In this document: piece by piece, positions 32,044 to 43,756 of the stretch
Numbering within the stretch: the first letter of the stretch is position 1
Layout: the number at the start of each line of letters is the position of its first letter
Assembly (NCBI GenBank): GCA_043798935.1
Contig: JAZDOC010000019.1
Span: forward strand, 10,322-74,321
Source of the DNA: Patescibacteria group bacterium
GTDB lineage: Bacteria > Patescibacteriota > Patescibacteriia > UBA9570 > JAHJKD01
Direction: 5' to 3'
Length of the DNA: 64,000 nt
Translations under genes and position numbers: made by a program
The notes under the pieces: generated by a model
The model's input: the letters and a program-made list of their open reading frames with translations, nothing else
Databases searched by the model: none
What the model was told of the DNA's origin: nothing

Positions 32044-32457
32044 ATGAGTTTAAAAAAGTATCTAATTTTAATGTTTTTAGCCACAATAATTTGCTGGCTG
32101 TCTTGGTTAACTGTAGTATTGTATATAAATTGTAATGTTAGCGATAACGTGGGTTTTATTTGTTTTTTTGCTAGCTTATTTTTCTCCCTACTTGGTACCA
32201 TCTCATTAATTAATCTTGTTTTACGATTATTAATAAAGCGCCATGATCTGCCTTATAAACATATTGGCATTTCATTAAGGCAATCGTTATGGTTTGCCAT
32301 TTTAATTGTGGTTTCACTAGCTCTTTTAGGTCAGGATTTATTTGTTTGGTGGTCGGTTGGCTTACTACTAATTGGATTAATTATTCTGGAAGGTTTCTTT
32401 TTATCACAGTCATATCAAAAACAAGAAATAAATAAAAATAAAGTTAAAAAATTTTAG
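32044..32457 (+). CDS. Small integral membrane protein (137 aa, 4 TM)
   Basis: Hydrophobic ORF with no motif. Immediately precedes pheS. Confidence 0.5.
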   Translation: MSLKKYLILMFLATIICWLSWLTVVLYINCNVSDNVGFICFFASLFFSLLGTISLINLVLRLLIKRHDLPYKHIGISLRQSLWFAILIVVSLALLGQDLFVWWSVGLLLIGLIILEGFFLSQSYQKQEINKNKVKKF

Positions 32458-32466
32458 TTTAATAAT

Positions 32467-33486
32467 ATGAAAGCAGAATTATTAAAAATAAAACAAGAAA
32501 TTACCGATGCTATTAAAAATGTCAAAGATTCCGGTACTCTGGAAGAATTGAAAAATAAATATTTAAGCCGTAAAAATGGCAAGTTAACCATTTTACTTAA
32601 AGGGTTAAAAGATCTTACTTTGGATCAAAAAAAAGAAATTGGTCAATTTGCTAACACAGTAAAAAAAGATGTAAGTTTAATTATTGAAACTGCTAAACAA
32701 AATATTGAAAACCATAGCACTAACCAAAGTCAAGATTTTGATGTTTCATTACCCGGAAAAAAAATAAATACCGGTACCATTCACCCGCTTACTCAAATTC
32801 GTTTAGAAGTCGAAAAAGTTTTTAAATCTATGGGTTTTAAAGTTTATGAAGGTGAAGAATTAGTATCTGATTTTTATAACTTTGAAAGCTTAAACATTCC
32901 GTCGGATCATCCCGCCCGCGATATGCAAGATACTTTTTTCATTAAAGATCATCCTGATAAAGTAATGCGTACTCACACTTCGGCCATGCAAGTTAAAATT
33001 ATGGAAAACAACAAACCTCCTTTAAAAGTTATTGTTCCGGGTAGAGTATTTCGAAATGAAGCGACAGATGCATCGCACGAACACACATTCCACCAAGTTG
33101 AGGGTTTTGTAGTTGGTGAAAATATCTCCATTGCTAATTTGGTTTGGACACAAAAAAAATTATTATCAGCAATATTTGGTAAAGAAGTAAAAGTTCGTCT
33201 GCGCCCAGGATATTTTCCGTTCGTAGAACCTGGTTTTGAACTCGATTGCTCTTGTTTAATCTGTGGTGGTAATGGTTGTCCAGTGTGCAAACAAAGTGGT
33301 TGGGTAGAGCTTATTCCCTGTGGCATGATTCACCCGAAAGTTTTTGAATCGGCTGGATATCCTAAAGGTAAATATAGTGGTTTTGCATTTGGTATGGGCT
33401 GGAGCCGACTGGCCATGATGAAATACGGTATCGATGATATTCGCTTATTCATGAGCGGTGATTTAAAATTTTTAAAACAATTCTAA
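32467..33486 (+). CDS. pheS: Phenylalanyl-tRNA synthetase alpha subunit
   Basis: 339 aa. Class II motifs FRNEATDASHEHTFHQVEG, GMGWSRLAM. Confidence 0.9.
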   Translation: MKAELLKIKQEITDAIKNVKDSGTLEELKNKYLSRKNGKLTILLKGLKDLTLDQKKEIGQFANTVKKDVSLIIETAKQNIENHSTNQSQDFDVSLPGKKINTGTIHPLTQIRLEVEKVFKSMGFKVYEGEELVSDFYNFESLNIPSDHPARDMQDTFFIKDHPDKVMRTHTSAMQVKIMENNKPPLKVIVPGRVFRNEATDASHEHTFHQVEGFVVGENISIANLVWTQKKLLSAIFGKEVKVRLRPGYFPFVEPGFELDCSCLICGGNGCPVCKQSGWVELIPCGMIHPKVFESAGYPKGKYSGFAFGMGWSRLAMMKYGIDDIRLFMSGDLKFLKQF

Positions 33487-33487
33487 T

Positions 33488-35890
33488 ATGCTATTAAGCT
33501 TAAATTGGTTGAAAGAGTACGTCGATATAAAAGAAACTCCGGAAAGGGTAGCTGATCTTTTTACTATGCATTCAGCTGAAGTAGAAGCAGTAAAACCTCA
33601 GGCGCAATTACTAGAAAAAGTCGTGGTAGGACAAATTAAAAAGATTAAAAAGCATCCCAATGCCGATAAATTACAGATAGTTGACACTGCAATAGGCAAA
33701 GATAATATTGTTCAAATTGTTTGTGGTGGCACTAATTTAAAAGAAAACATGTTTGTGGCAGTTGCTAAAATTGGTGCTCAAGTAAAATGGCATGGTGAAG
33801 GGGATCTGGTAACTTTAGAAAAAGTTAAAATTCGAGGTGAAGAAAGTAATGGTATGATATGCCTCGATAGTGAAATAGGGCTCGGCAAAAATATTGGTAC
33901 AGAAATTATGGATCTTTCTATTTACACAGATCAAAAATTGAAAATTGGTCAATCTTTAGGCAACGCTTTAGATCTTAACGATTATATAATTGAAATTGAT
34001 AATAAATCCTTAACGCATCGATCAGATTTATTTTGTCACATCGGCATGGCTCGAGAATACGCCGCTATCACAAATCGTCAACTTAAATTACCAAAATTTT
34101 CTAAAATTAAATGCCTAAAAGAAAAGTATAAACTAAATATTGAGGTCGAAGATTATAATGATACAATCAGATACATGTCTATTGTGTTAGATGATATAAA
34201 AATTGCACCGGCACCGCTTTGGATGCAACGTCGTTTAGAAGCCGTCGGCATCAGATCCATAAATAATGTTGTCGATATTACCAATTTTTTGATGATGGAA
34301 TACGGACATCCCGTTCATGCTTTTGATTACCAAAAAATAAACGGTCAATTATTTAGAATCAGACGAGCTAAAAAAGGCGAGTTTATTACAACATTGGATG
34401 GAGAAAAAAGAAAACTAGATGAAAGCATTTTAATTATTGAAGATAGTAATAAAATTACAGATTTAGCCGGAATTATGGGCGGCCAAACTTCAGAAATTAA
34501 TGCTAATACTAAAACAATTGCTTTCGAAGTCGCTGATTTTAATAAAACACTCATTCGAAAAACCGCTAATAAATTAGGACTTAGAACCGAAGCGGTGGTT
34601 CGATATGAAAAGGGCTTGGGTTTAGATTTAAGCGATCTGGCTATGGCACGCGGCGTATCTTTATTTGAAGAATATGCCGGTGCTAAAGTTGCTTCCAAAC
34701 TATACGATAAAAAGAAAATAAATTTTAAGCCAAAAACAATTAATTTAAATATAGATTTAGTAAAGAAAAATATTGGCATTGAAATCAAGCGAGCTCAAAT
34801 TATTAGCATATTAAATAATTTGCAGCTTGCAGTGAAAGATAAAAAAACCTGTTTAGAAGTAACAATCCCGGTATTTAGAACCGATTTAAATATTCCGGAA
34901 GATTTAATTGAAGAAATTTCTCGAATTTATGGTTACGATAATATTCCGCTAATGCCTTTACAGGGATATTTGGAACCCACTAAACAATTACCAGATCTAG
35001 AATGGGGCGATTATTTATCTCAAAAATTAGCTAGCTGGGGTTTTAATGAAGTTATGAATTATTCTTTTTACGGCGATAGAGAAATTGAGAAATCACTATT
35101 TGACGAACAATGTCATGTCCAAATTGCTAATCCTTTAAGTGAAGAACAAAAATATTTACGCATTGCATTACTTCCTCATTTATTATCAAATATTTCCAAA
35201 AATTTAAAAAATAATTTCACTGGTCTTAAATTATTTGAAATTGGACATGTTTATTATCCTAATTCCGAATACAAAATATTAAACTGTGCTTTAACCGGCG
35301 ATAATCGAAATATTTATTTTACAGCTAAAGGAATAATGGAAGCATTGCTAAAAGAAACTAATATCAAGTATCATATTTACGATATCAATAAAAATCAGGA
35401 AAAGAAAAGATATTTGCACAATATGTTCGATACCAATACTAATGCTGCCGTCGTTATTAACGACAAAGTTATTGGCGTAATCAGCTCAATTAAAAAACAA
35501 GTTTTAGATAATTTCGGAATTAATAATTTTGTGGCTTGTTTTAGTTTCGATCTCATTGCTTTATCAAAGCAAGCGACAACTTCAAAAAAATACAAACCTC
35601 TTTGCAGATATCCTGAAGTTAATATCGATCTGTCGATTATTGTCGATAACAATATTAAATGGCAAGAAGCATACAATGAAATTATTGGATATAATGAATT
35701 GATTAAATCAGTCGAATTATTCGACGTTTACCAGGGTGATAAAATAGAACAAAATAAAAAAAGTTTTGCCATGCATATTGTTTTTCAAGATGAAAACAAG
35801 ACATTAGCCATGAAAGATATTGAAATGTATCGCGATAATATTATGAAATTGTTGAATACAAAATTTCATGCAATTTTAAGAGATAAATAA
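33488..35890 (+). CDS. pheT: Phenylalanyl-tRNA synthetase beta subunit
   Basis: 800 aa. MLLSLNWLKEYV N-terminus, B3/4 and B5 domains, C-terminal anticodon-binding domain. Confidence 0.9.
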   Translation: MLLSLNWLKEYVDIKETPERVADLFTMHSAEVEAVKPQAQLLEKVVVGQIKKIKKHPNADKLQIVDTAIGKDNIVQIVCGGTNLKENMFVAVAKIGAQVKWHGEGDLVTLEKVKIRGEESNGMICLDSEIGLGKNIGTEIMDLSIYTDQKLKIGQSLGNALDLNDYIIEIDNKSLTHRSDLFCHIGMAREYAAITNRQLKLPKFSKIKCLKEKYKLNIEVEDYNDTIRYMSIVLDDIKIAPAPLWMQRRLEAVGIRSINNVVDITNFLMMEYGHPVHAFDYQKINGQLFRIRRAKKGEFITTLDGEKRKLDESILIIEDSNKITDLAGIMGGQTSEINANTKTIAFEVADFNKTLIRKTANKLGLRTEAVVRYEKGLGLDLSDLAMARGVSLFEEYAGAKVASKLYDKKKINFKPKTINLNIDLVKKNIGIEIKRAQIISILNNLQLAVKDKKTCLEVTIPVFRTDLNIPEDLIEEISRIYGYDNIPLMPLQGYLEPTKQLPDLEWGDYLSQKLASWGFNEVMNYSFYGDREIEKSLFDEQCHVQIANPLSEEQKYLRIALLPHLLSNISKNLKNNFTGLKLFEIGHVYYPNSEYKILNCALTGDNRNIYFTAKGIMEALLKETNIKYHIYDINKNQEKKRYLHNMFDTNTNAAVVINDKVIGVISSIKKQVLDNFGINNFVACFSFDLIALSKQATTSKKYKPLCRYPEVNIDLSIIVDNNIKWQEAYNEIIGYNELIKSVELFDVYQGDKIEQNKKSFAMHIVFQDENKTLAMKDIEMYRDNIMKLLNTKFHAILRDK

Positions 35891-35911
35891 TAAATAAAAT
35901 ATATTATATAA

Positions 35912-37963
<2,052 letters not shown>

Positions 37964-39763
37964 TTAAGCTGCTTTTTTTTCTTGAGATTCTTGAATTTTG
38001 ATATCAGGCCGTTTATTTCTAGTGTCCATGGCCTGAGCTCTAATTATATCAACATTTTTAGAATAGGCAACTCCAGCTCTTCCGCTTGAATCTCGTGTTT
38101 CTCTGTGGAACGCCCTAATTCCAGATTCTGAATTAATTTCAAACATATTAACTCTAACTCCGTTAGATCTCAAATCTCTTGAAAATTGAGAAACAAGTCT
38201 AGATCTTGTAAATAAATCCGTGATTTTATCTTTGAATCTAGATAATATCGGAATTCTTTCTAAAAGTATTGCGACTTGTTCATCGATAGCTTGAATATTT
38301 ACACTTCCATTTCTAAGAACTCGCGCCATAATGCTTACATCTCCCATTTCATCGGCAATAGGTTTTTCTGATACAGGCATAGTGTGGCGACCTACCATTT
38401 CAACATTACCAGTATCAATTTGCATTTCAGTATAATGTTGATTTGCATCAAGCACAACTGCATCAGAAGCATTTTCACCGGCTAAACCTTGCAGTCGAGC
38501 TTCACCTCGTGCTAGTGCATCATTACGCCTATTTGAATACCAATTACTAAATTTTCCCATTAATTTAGAACCCACCGGCATTTGACCAATTCTATGCATA
38601 ATATATTTAGAAGCTCCTCTAAGTCCAGGAAAATAACTCATGCTATAAGACAAGGAAGGCTCTCTCTCATACATATATTGTAATGTTTGCGGTAGCCAAG
38701 AAACAATTGTTACTCGGTGTTCGGCACCGTGTTTTTTAATTAAACTTAATATTTCATCAAGCATTTCTGCATTAAAATCTTTAATGTCAATATTAATTTT
38801 AGTAGTTTTATTTTCAGTTTTGTCAAGCATGTCGAACATCTTCTCTAAAGTAATTAAGTGGCCGCCATCTTTTAATTCTATATTTTGAAGTTCATCAGCA
38901 TTAAGATCTGCAATCCTTTCACCGCGTCCGCCTAAGTGACCAAGCGTTACATTATGATGGATCATGGCGCGACCATCTTTGCTCTTTCTAATATCAAATT
39001 CCATTTCTGGAACATTCTCTTCAAGTGCTTGGCGGATATTTTCACCCGAAGCCTCGTCATGGCCGAATCCACGTTCTCGATGAGATAATATTGGTGATTT
39101 ATGTTGAGCATCTAATGTAATTATAGCTAAATCTACTTCGGCAGATATTATCGCATTTAATACAGCGCTTCCATTTTCTTTACCAAGATGCATTTTTAGA
39201 TTTGCTGCAATAAATTTATGCAAGTATTCGATGTGGCTTCCGAATTCAATTTCAGAATCAAAAAATTCATTTGTAGGCTTGCCAAGTTCTAACAGAATTT
39301 CTGGAATAGCCGCTTCAATATCTGCACGCACATCATCACCTAATCCTAGTTCATCACAATAAGCATCTAAATTTTCAGAATGATTAAGATATTCAAATTT
39401 ATCAAACAACATTTGTTGCGCACGTTCCTGCTCCAAAATAATTTCTCGTGCTTCCATTATGGAATCCTTCGCTGTTAATTCTAAGTCATCATTAACTGCT
39501 TGAGTTAAATCAACTAAGTGTTCATTGATATATTTATGCTCTGTTGCTGGTGCTTTTTCTCGATTAAGAGTAGCTCTAAATATTTTTTCATCGGCATGAC
39601 TTGTATATTGAGGAGACTGAGGCTCGTCAGTAGGTTCACTGCGACCTAATAGTTTATTTAATCCCGGAATCCGATCTAAAAAACTTCTAGTGTTGGATTG
39701 AGAGCTTGGTAATGAGTGGTCAGTTGAAGATTTTGGATTTTTATGTTCTAAATTTCCGAGCAT
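37964..39763 (-). CDS. Large hypothetical protein with a glycerophosphodiester-phosphodiesterase (GDPD/PLC-like)-type catalytic motif set; disordered N-terminus
   Basis: 599 aa. SHRERGFGHDEASGENIRQALEE...EFDIRKSKDGRAMIHHNVTL resembles the GDPD HR(G)..ENT..E.D..TKDG..V..HD pattern. The N-terminal 60 aa is S/P/T/Q-rich. Composition is atypical for this genome. Convergent with gyrB (stop codons abut). Confidence 0.6.
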   Translation of the reverse strand: MLGNLEHKNPKSSTDHSLPSSQSNTRSFLDRIPGLNKLLGRSEPTDEPQSPQYTSHADEKIFRATLNREKAPATEHKYINEHLVDLTQAVNDDLELTAKDSIMEAREIILEQERAQQMLFDKFEYLNHSENLDAYCDELGLGDDVRADIEAAIPEILLELGKPTNEFFDSEIEFGSHIEYLHKFIAANLKMHLGKENGSAVLNAIISAEVDLAIITLDAQHKSPILSHRERGFGHDEASGENIRQALEENVPEMEFDIRKSKDGRAMIHHNVTLGHLGGRGERIADLNADELQNIELKDGGHLITLEKMFDMLDKTENKTTKINIDIKDFNAEMLDEILSLIKKHGAEHRVTIVSWLPQTLQYMYEREPSLSYSMSYFPGLRGASKYIMHRIGQMPVGSKLMGKFSNWYSNRRNDALARGEARLQGLAGENASDAVVLDANQHYTEMQIDTGNVEMVGRHTMPVSEKPIADEMGDVSIMARVLRNGSVNIQAIDEQVAILLERIPILSRFKDKITDLFTRSRLVSQFSRDLRSNGVRVNMFEINSESGIRAFHRETRDSSGRAGVAYSKNVDIIRAQAMDTRNKRPDIKIQESQEKKAA

Positions 39764-39840
39764 AATAATTAAATTAATGATAATTAAAAATATTTTAAAG
39801 AACAGCTATATTGTAGCATAATATCTTTTATACTTCTATA

Positions 39841-39869
39841 TTGACAATAATTTTAATTAGCGTTATAAT
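39841..39869 (+). promoter_or_regulatory. Consensus sigma70 promoter of secE-nusG-rplKA
   Basis: Perfect TTGACA (39841-39846), 17-nt spacer, perfect TATAAT (39864-39869), 51 nt upstream of the secE ATG. Confidence 0.55.
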
Positions 39870-39920
39870 CTAATCACAATAAATTTTAAGGGCCAGAGGG
39901 CCTTTTTAAGATTAAAAAAT

Positions 39921-40160
39921 ATGACAACATTAACAGAAAAATTCGTTAAGAAAAATAAAAATCCCAACAAAGAAAGGTTCAATTTACGGCGTTATTTAAA
40001 TAATTCTAAAGATGAACTTAAAAAAGTTGCTTGGCCTTCAAAAAAAGAAGCTTGGCGGCAAACATGGATTGTGATTGCCATGAGTTTAGGCGTGGCAGCA
40101 TTTCTAGGTGTTTGGGATTGGTTATTCAATTACATTTTAGAATGGTATTTAAAAATTTAA
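39921..40160 (+). CDS. secE: Preprotein translocase subunit SecE
   Basis: 79 aa with a single C-terminal TM helix, immediately upstream of nusG. Confidence 0.7.
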   Translation: MTTLTEKFVKKNKNPNKERFNLRRYLNNSKDELKKVAWPSKKEAWRQTWIVIAMSLGVAAFLGVWDWLFNYILEWYLKI

Positions 40161-40181
40161 TTTAATATAAAATAAAACTAT

Positions 40182-40727
40182 ATGCCAAAACAAACAGGCA
40201 AACAGGGCCGGCGATGGTATGTACTTCATACATATTCAGGGTACGAAGAAAATGTTGCCAATAATTTACGCCAGAGAATTGAGTCTATGGACATGGAAGA
40301 CAAAATTTTCAATGTATTAGTACCAACTGAAAAAAAGATTAAAATTAAAAACGGCAAAAGAAAAATAATTACTGAAAAAATATTTCCTGGATACGTTCTA
40401 GTGGAAATGATTGTAACAGATGACTCTTGGTATGTTGTGCGTAACACTCCAAATGTAACCGGTTTCGTTGGCTCTGGTACAACACCAACTCCTATTTCCG
40501 AAGAAGAAGTTAAAGAGCTACAACGTCGTATGGGTATTGAAGAACCAACTATGAAAGTAGACTTCATGAAAGGCGATCCAATTCGCATTGTAGACGGTCC
40601 ATTTAAAGACATGGAAGGTAAAGTAGAGGACATTGATAATGAAAGAGGCAAAGTAAAAGTAATGGTATCAATGTTTGGCCGAGAAACCCCGGTTGAACTA
40701 GATCCATTACAAATTAAAAAAGTATAA
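40182..40727 (+). CDS. nusG: Transcription termination/antitermination factor NusG
   Basis: 181 aa. NGN domain (WYVLHTYSGYE) and KOW motif GDPIRIVDGPFKDMEGKVEDID. Confidence 0.9.
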   Translation: MPKQTGKQGRRWYVLHTYSGYEENVANNLRQRIESMDMEDKIFNVLVPTEKKIKIKNGKRKIITEKIFPGYVLVEMIVTDDSWYVVRNTPNVTGFVGSGTTPTPISEEEVKELQRRMGIEEPTMKVDFMKGDPIRIVDGPFKDMEGKVEDIDNERGKVKVMVSMFGRETPVELDPLQIKKV

Positions 40728-40770
40728 TAATTAAACAAACCCGTATTTTATTACGGGGAACAATAAATAT

Positions 40771-41196
40771 ATGGCAAAGAAATTAAAAGCATTAGTAAAA
40801 TTACAAATACCAGCTGGCGCTGCTAATCCTGCACCTCCAGTCGGTCCGGCTTTAGGCCAACACGGTGTTGCGATCCAGGATTTCTGCACAAAATTTAACA
40901 ACAAAACCAAAGATCAAAAAGGCGATATTCTACCAGTGGTTATTACAATTTACGAGGATCGATCTTTCGATTTTATTGTAAAAACTCCACCCGCAGCTGA
41001 GCTTCTTAAAAAAGCCGCTAAAATTCAAAAAGGTTCAGGCAAGCCACTAACTCAAAAAATTGCTAAAGTCACTAAAGCGCAGATTAAAGAAATTGCCGAA
41101 ACAAAAATGCCTGATCTTAACGCCAAGAATTTAGAAGGCGCCATGAATACGATTGCCGGCACAGCACGTCAGATGGGCATCGAAGTTGTTGAATAA
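40771..41196 (+). CDS. rplK: 50S ribosomal protein L11
   Basis: 141 aa. [23 protein letters not shown] signature. Confidence 0.95.
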   Translation: MAKKLKALVKLQIPAGAANPAPPVGPALGQHGVAIQDFCTKFNNKTKDQKGDILPVVITIYEDRSFDFIVKTPPAAELLKKAAKIQKGSGKPLTQKIAKVTKAQIKEIAETKMPDLNAKNLEGAMNTIAGTARQMGIEVVE

Positions 41197-41259
41197 TTAT
41201 TTATTAAGTGGAAGGGTTAGTGTCTCTAATCCGTAAATACCACAAAAAATATATTTTTT

Positions 41260-41943
41260 ATGAAAAAAAGAAGTAAACGCTATTTAACAGCGTTAGCAAA
41301 AGTTGAAAAAAACAAAGCCTATTCTGTAAGCGAAGCAATTGAAATTATTCAATCGAATCCTACAAAATTTGATCCCGCAGTAGAAGTACACATGAATTTA
41401 GGAATCGATCCTAAAAAAAGTGATCAATTAATCAGAGCAGTTGTAAGTTTGCCTCATGGTACAGGTAAAACAAAAAGAGTTATTGCTTTTGTTAGCCCTG
41501 ATCAAGAAGCCGAAGCTAAAGAAGCTGGTGCTGATCTAATTGGTAATGATGAAATGATTCAAAAGATTAAAACTACCGGAAAAATAGAATTTGATGTAGC
41601 TGTTGCTACACCCATGATGATGAAAAAAATTGGCCCCATTGCAAAAACATTAGGTCAAAAAGGTTTAATGCCTAACCCTAAAGCTGAGACAGTTGGTCCG
41701 GATGTGAAAAAAATGATTACAGCTGTAAAATTAGGAAAAATTGCTTATAAAAATGATGAATCAGCTAATGTTCATGCCATGGTTGGAAAGGTTAGCTTTG
41801 AAAAAGAGAAATTAGTAGTAAATATCCAAACATTTATTGATAGTGTTCGCAAATCAAAACCAGCTGCTTCAAAAGGAACATACATAAAGAATGCCGTAAT
41901 TTGCACAACCATGGGTCCAAGTGTTAAGCTAAACTTAGTTTAA
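41260..41943 (+). CDS. rplA: 50S ribosomal protein L1
   Basis: 227 aa; typical L1 blocks. Confidence 0.95.
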   Translation: MKKRSKRYLTALAKVEKNKAYSVSEAIEIIQSNPTKFDPAVEVHMNLGIDPKKSDQLIRAVVSLPHGTGKTKRVIAFVSPDQEAEAKEAGADLIGNDEMIQKIKTTGKIEFDVAVATPMMMKKIGPIAKTLGQKGLMPNPKAETVGPDVKKMITAVKLGKIAYKNDESANVHAMVGKVSFEKEKLVVNIQTFIDSVRKSKPAASKGTYIKNAVICTTMGPSVKLNLV

Positions 41944-41961
41944 TATTTAATTTTAAAATAT

Positions 41962-42480
41962 ATGGATACTATCCGACCCTCATGGGACGATTATTTTATG
42001 AGTATAGCCCGCATAGTTTCTACCAGAGCAACTTGTGATCGCTTACATGCTGGTGCTGTGCTGGTAAAGAATAAAAGGATAGTTTCAACCGGATATAATG
42101 GATCGCCACCAAATTTAGCTCATTGCAACGATACTGGGCATCTTTTAGAAGAAGGGCACTGTGTTCGGACGATTCATGCCGAACATAACGCACTTTTACA
42201 AGCCGCGGTTATTGGCGGTACTTCAACTAAAGACACCACGCTATATTCTTTATATAGTCCATGTATTCATTGCGCAAAATACATTGTAGCCGCCGGAGTA
42301 ACCAGAGTAGTAGTTGGCCAAATATATCGTAATGAGCAGGTTAAAGAGTATTTAGAAAGTGCGGGCTTACAATACGATGTTTATCAACCAAATGAAAATT
42401 GGGATAAATTTGCTTCCAATTTATTCTTAAATGAAATTGAAAAAAAGGACGCAGCTAAAATACAATTAACTGAAAAATAA
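41962..42480 (+). CDS. dCMP deaminase (cytidine/deoxycytidylate deaminase family)
   Basis: 172 aa. Zinc-ligand motifs HAEHNAL and PCIHCAKYI. Confidence 0.8.
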   Translation: MDTIRPSWDDYFMSIARIVSTRATCDRLHAGAVLVKNKRIVSTGYNGSPPNLAHCNDTGHLLEEGHCVRTIHAEHNALLQAAVIGGTSTKDTTLYSLYSPCIHCAKYIVAAGVTRVVVGQIYRNEQVKEYLESAGLQYDVYQPNENWDKFASNLFLNEIEKKDAAKIQLTEK

Positions 42481-43056
42481 ATGCCCCTGATTATTGGTTT
42501 AACAGGTGAAAAGCTATCAGGCAAAGGTGCGGCCAGTGACTATTTGTCATTAAAATATAGAGCTAAACATTATAGATTTTCACTTATTTTAGACGACATT
42601 GCATCACGATTATATTTACCAAAAACTCGTGATAATTTAATTGATATTGCTTTAGCATTAAGAAGTAAATTTGGTAATGAAATACTAGCTCATGTATTAA
42701 AAAAAGATATCGAGAATGAAAAGCCGGATATCTGCATTGTCGACGGCATGCGTTATTTCGAGGAATATAATATTCTGAGCACATTAAGTAACTTTTATTT
42801 AATTTCTATTACTGCACCGCTTGAAGTCCGTTATCAACGAGCACTCGAAAGACAAGAAAAAGTCGACGAAATAAACATGAGTCTTGATGATTTTAAAAAA
42901 CAAGAAATGGCTGCTACGGAAATAGCGATTACTGAGCTAAATAAAAAGGCTGATTTCCAAATCAATAATACCGGCGATGTTTCAGAGTTGCATACCAAAA
43001 TCGATGAGATTATGAACGATTTAAACACTAAAATAAAAATAAATGCCGGAAACTAA
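42481..43056 (+). CDS. P-loop nucleoside/nucleotide kinase-like protein, function unassigned
   Basis: 191 aa. N-terminal P-loop IIGLTGEKLSGKGAAS. Sits between dCMP deaminase and thyX. Confidence 0.4.
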   Translation: MPLIIGLTGEKLSGKGAASDYLSLKYRAKHYRFSLILDDIASRLYLPKTRDNLIDIALALRSKFGNEILAHVLKKDIENEKPDICIVDGMRYFEEYNILSTLSNFYLISITAPLEVRYQRALERQEKVDEINMSLDDFKKQEMAATEIAITELNKKADFQINNTGDVSELHTKIDEIMNDLNTKIKINAGN

Positions 43057-43756
43057 TATAAATGTCACTTTACTTACTCATACTAAAGATGTCGAGCAAA
43101 CCATTGTCGCCGCGATTCGGCAGTGTTACAGCCCTAAGGGAGGCGCCGAGCTTAAAGAAACTACCAAACCTGAAGTGACGACCAGATTAATCAAACAAAT
43201 TATAGCTTCGGGCCATACATCTACAATCGAACATGCATCATTTACTTTTGCGGTCCAAGGTGTTTCGCGCGCTTTAACTCATCAACTAGTACGCCATCGT
43301 GTAGCATCATATTCACAGCAATCTCAACGCTATGTTGAAGAAAAAAATGAATTAGCTTTTATTGTTCCGCCAAAAATTAAAAAAAATCAATTAGCTCAGC
43401 AAATTTACATTGATCAGGTTAAGCTAATTCATGAAAATTATAAAAAATTAATTGCTATGGGTATTAATAAAGAAGATGCCCGATATTTATTGCCCAATGC
43501 CGCCGAAACTAAAATCATTATCACTATGAACGCGCGCGAATTGTTACATTTTTTTGAAAAACGTTTATGCACTCGAGCTCAATGGGAAATTAGAATTTTG
43601 GCAGGTAAAATGCTCTTTTTGGTAAGAGAAGTGTCACCACTAATCTTTTCGCATGCCGGTCCTACTTGTGAAACCGAAAAAATATGCTGGGAAGGGGATC
43701 TGTCTTGCGGTAAATGGAAAAATATTCAAGGCGGAGAATTAAAATCTCGAATTTAA
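43043..43756 (+). CDS. thyX: Flavin-dependent thymidylate synthase
   Basis: 237 aa. ThyX signature RHRVASYSQQSQRY (RHR..S.SQ.S.RY). Confidence 0.9.
   Translation: MPETNINVTLLTHTKDVEQTIVAAIRQCYSPKGGAELKETTKPEVTTRLIKQIIASGHTSTIEHASFTFAVQGVSRALTHQLVRHRVASYSQQSQRYVEEKNELAFIVPPKIKKNQLAQQIYIDQVKLIHENYKKLIAMGINKEDARYLLPNAAETKIIITMNARELLHFFEKRLCTRAQWEIRILAGKMLFLVREVSPLIFSHAGPTCETEKICWEGDLSCGKWKNIQGGELKSRI

Noticed and set aside
31995-32201. 68-aa minus-strand ORF
   Set aside because: It overlaps the predicted promoter and the 5' end of the + strand membrane-protein gene, and shows no conservation signal.
39764-39920. tRNA gene (tRNA-Trp is common upstream of secE)
   Set aside because: The 157-nt region is A/T-rich with no cloverleaf-capable GC stems. 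It instead contains the consensus promoter and a short GGCC palindrome.
40740-40757. Hairpin cccgta-ttttat-tacggg between nusG and rplK as a terminator
   Set aside because: A perfect 6-bp stem, but no downstream U-tract. It may be a processing or attenuation structure and is not annotated as a terminator.
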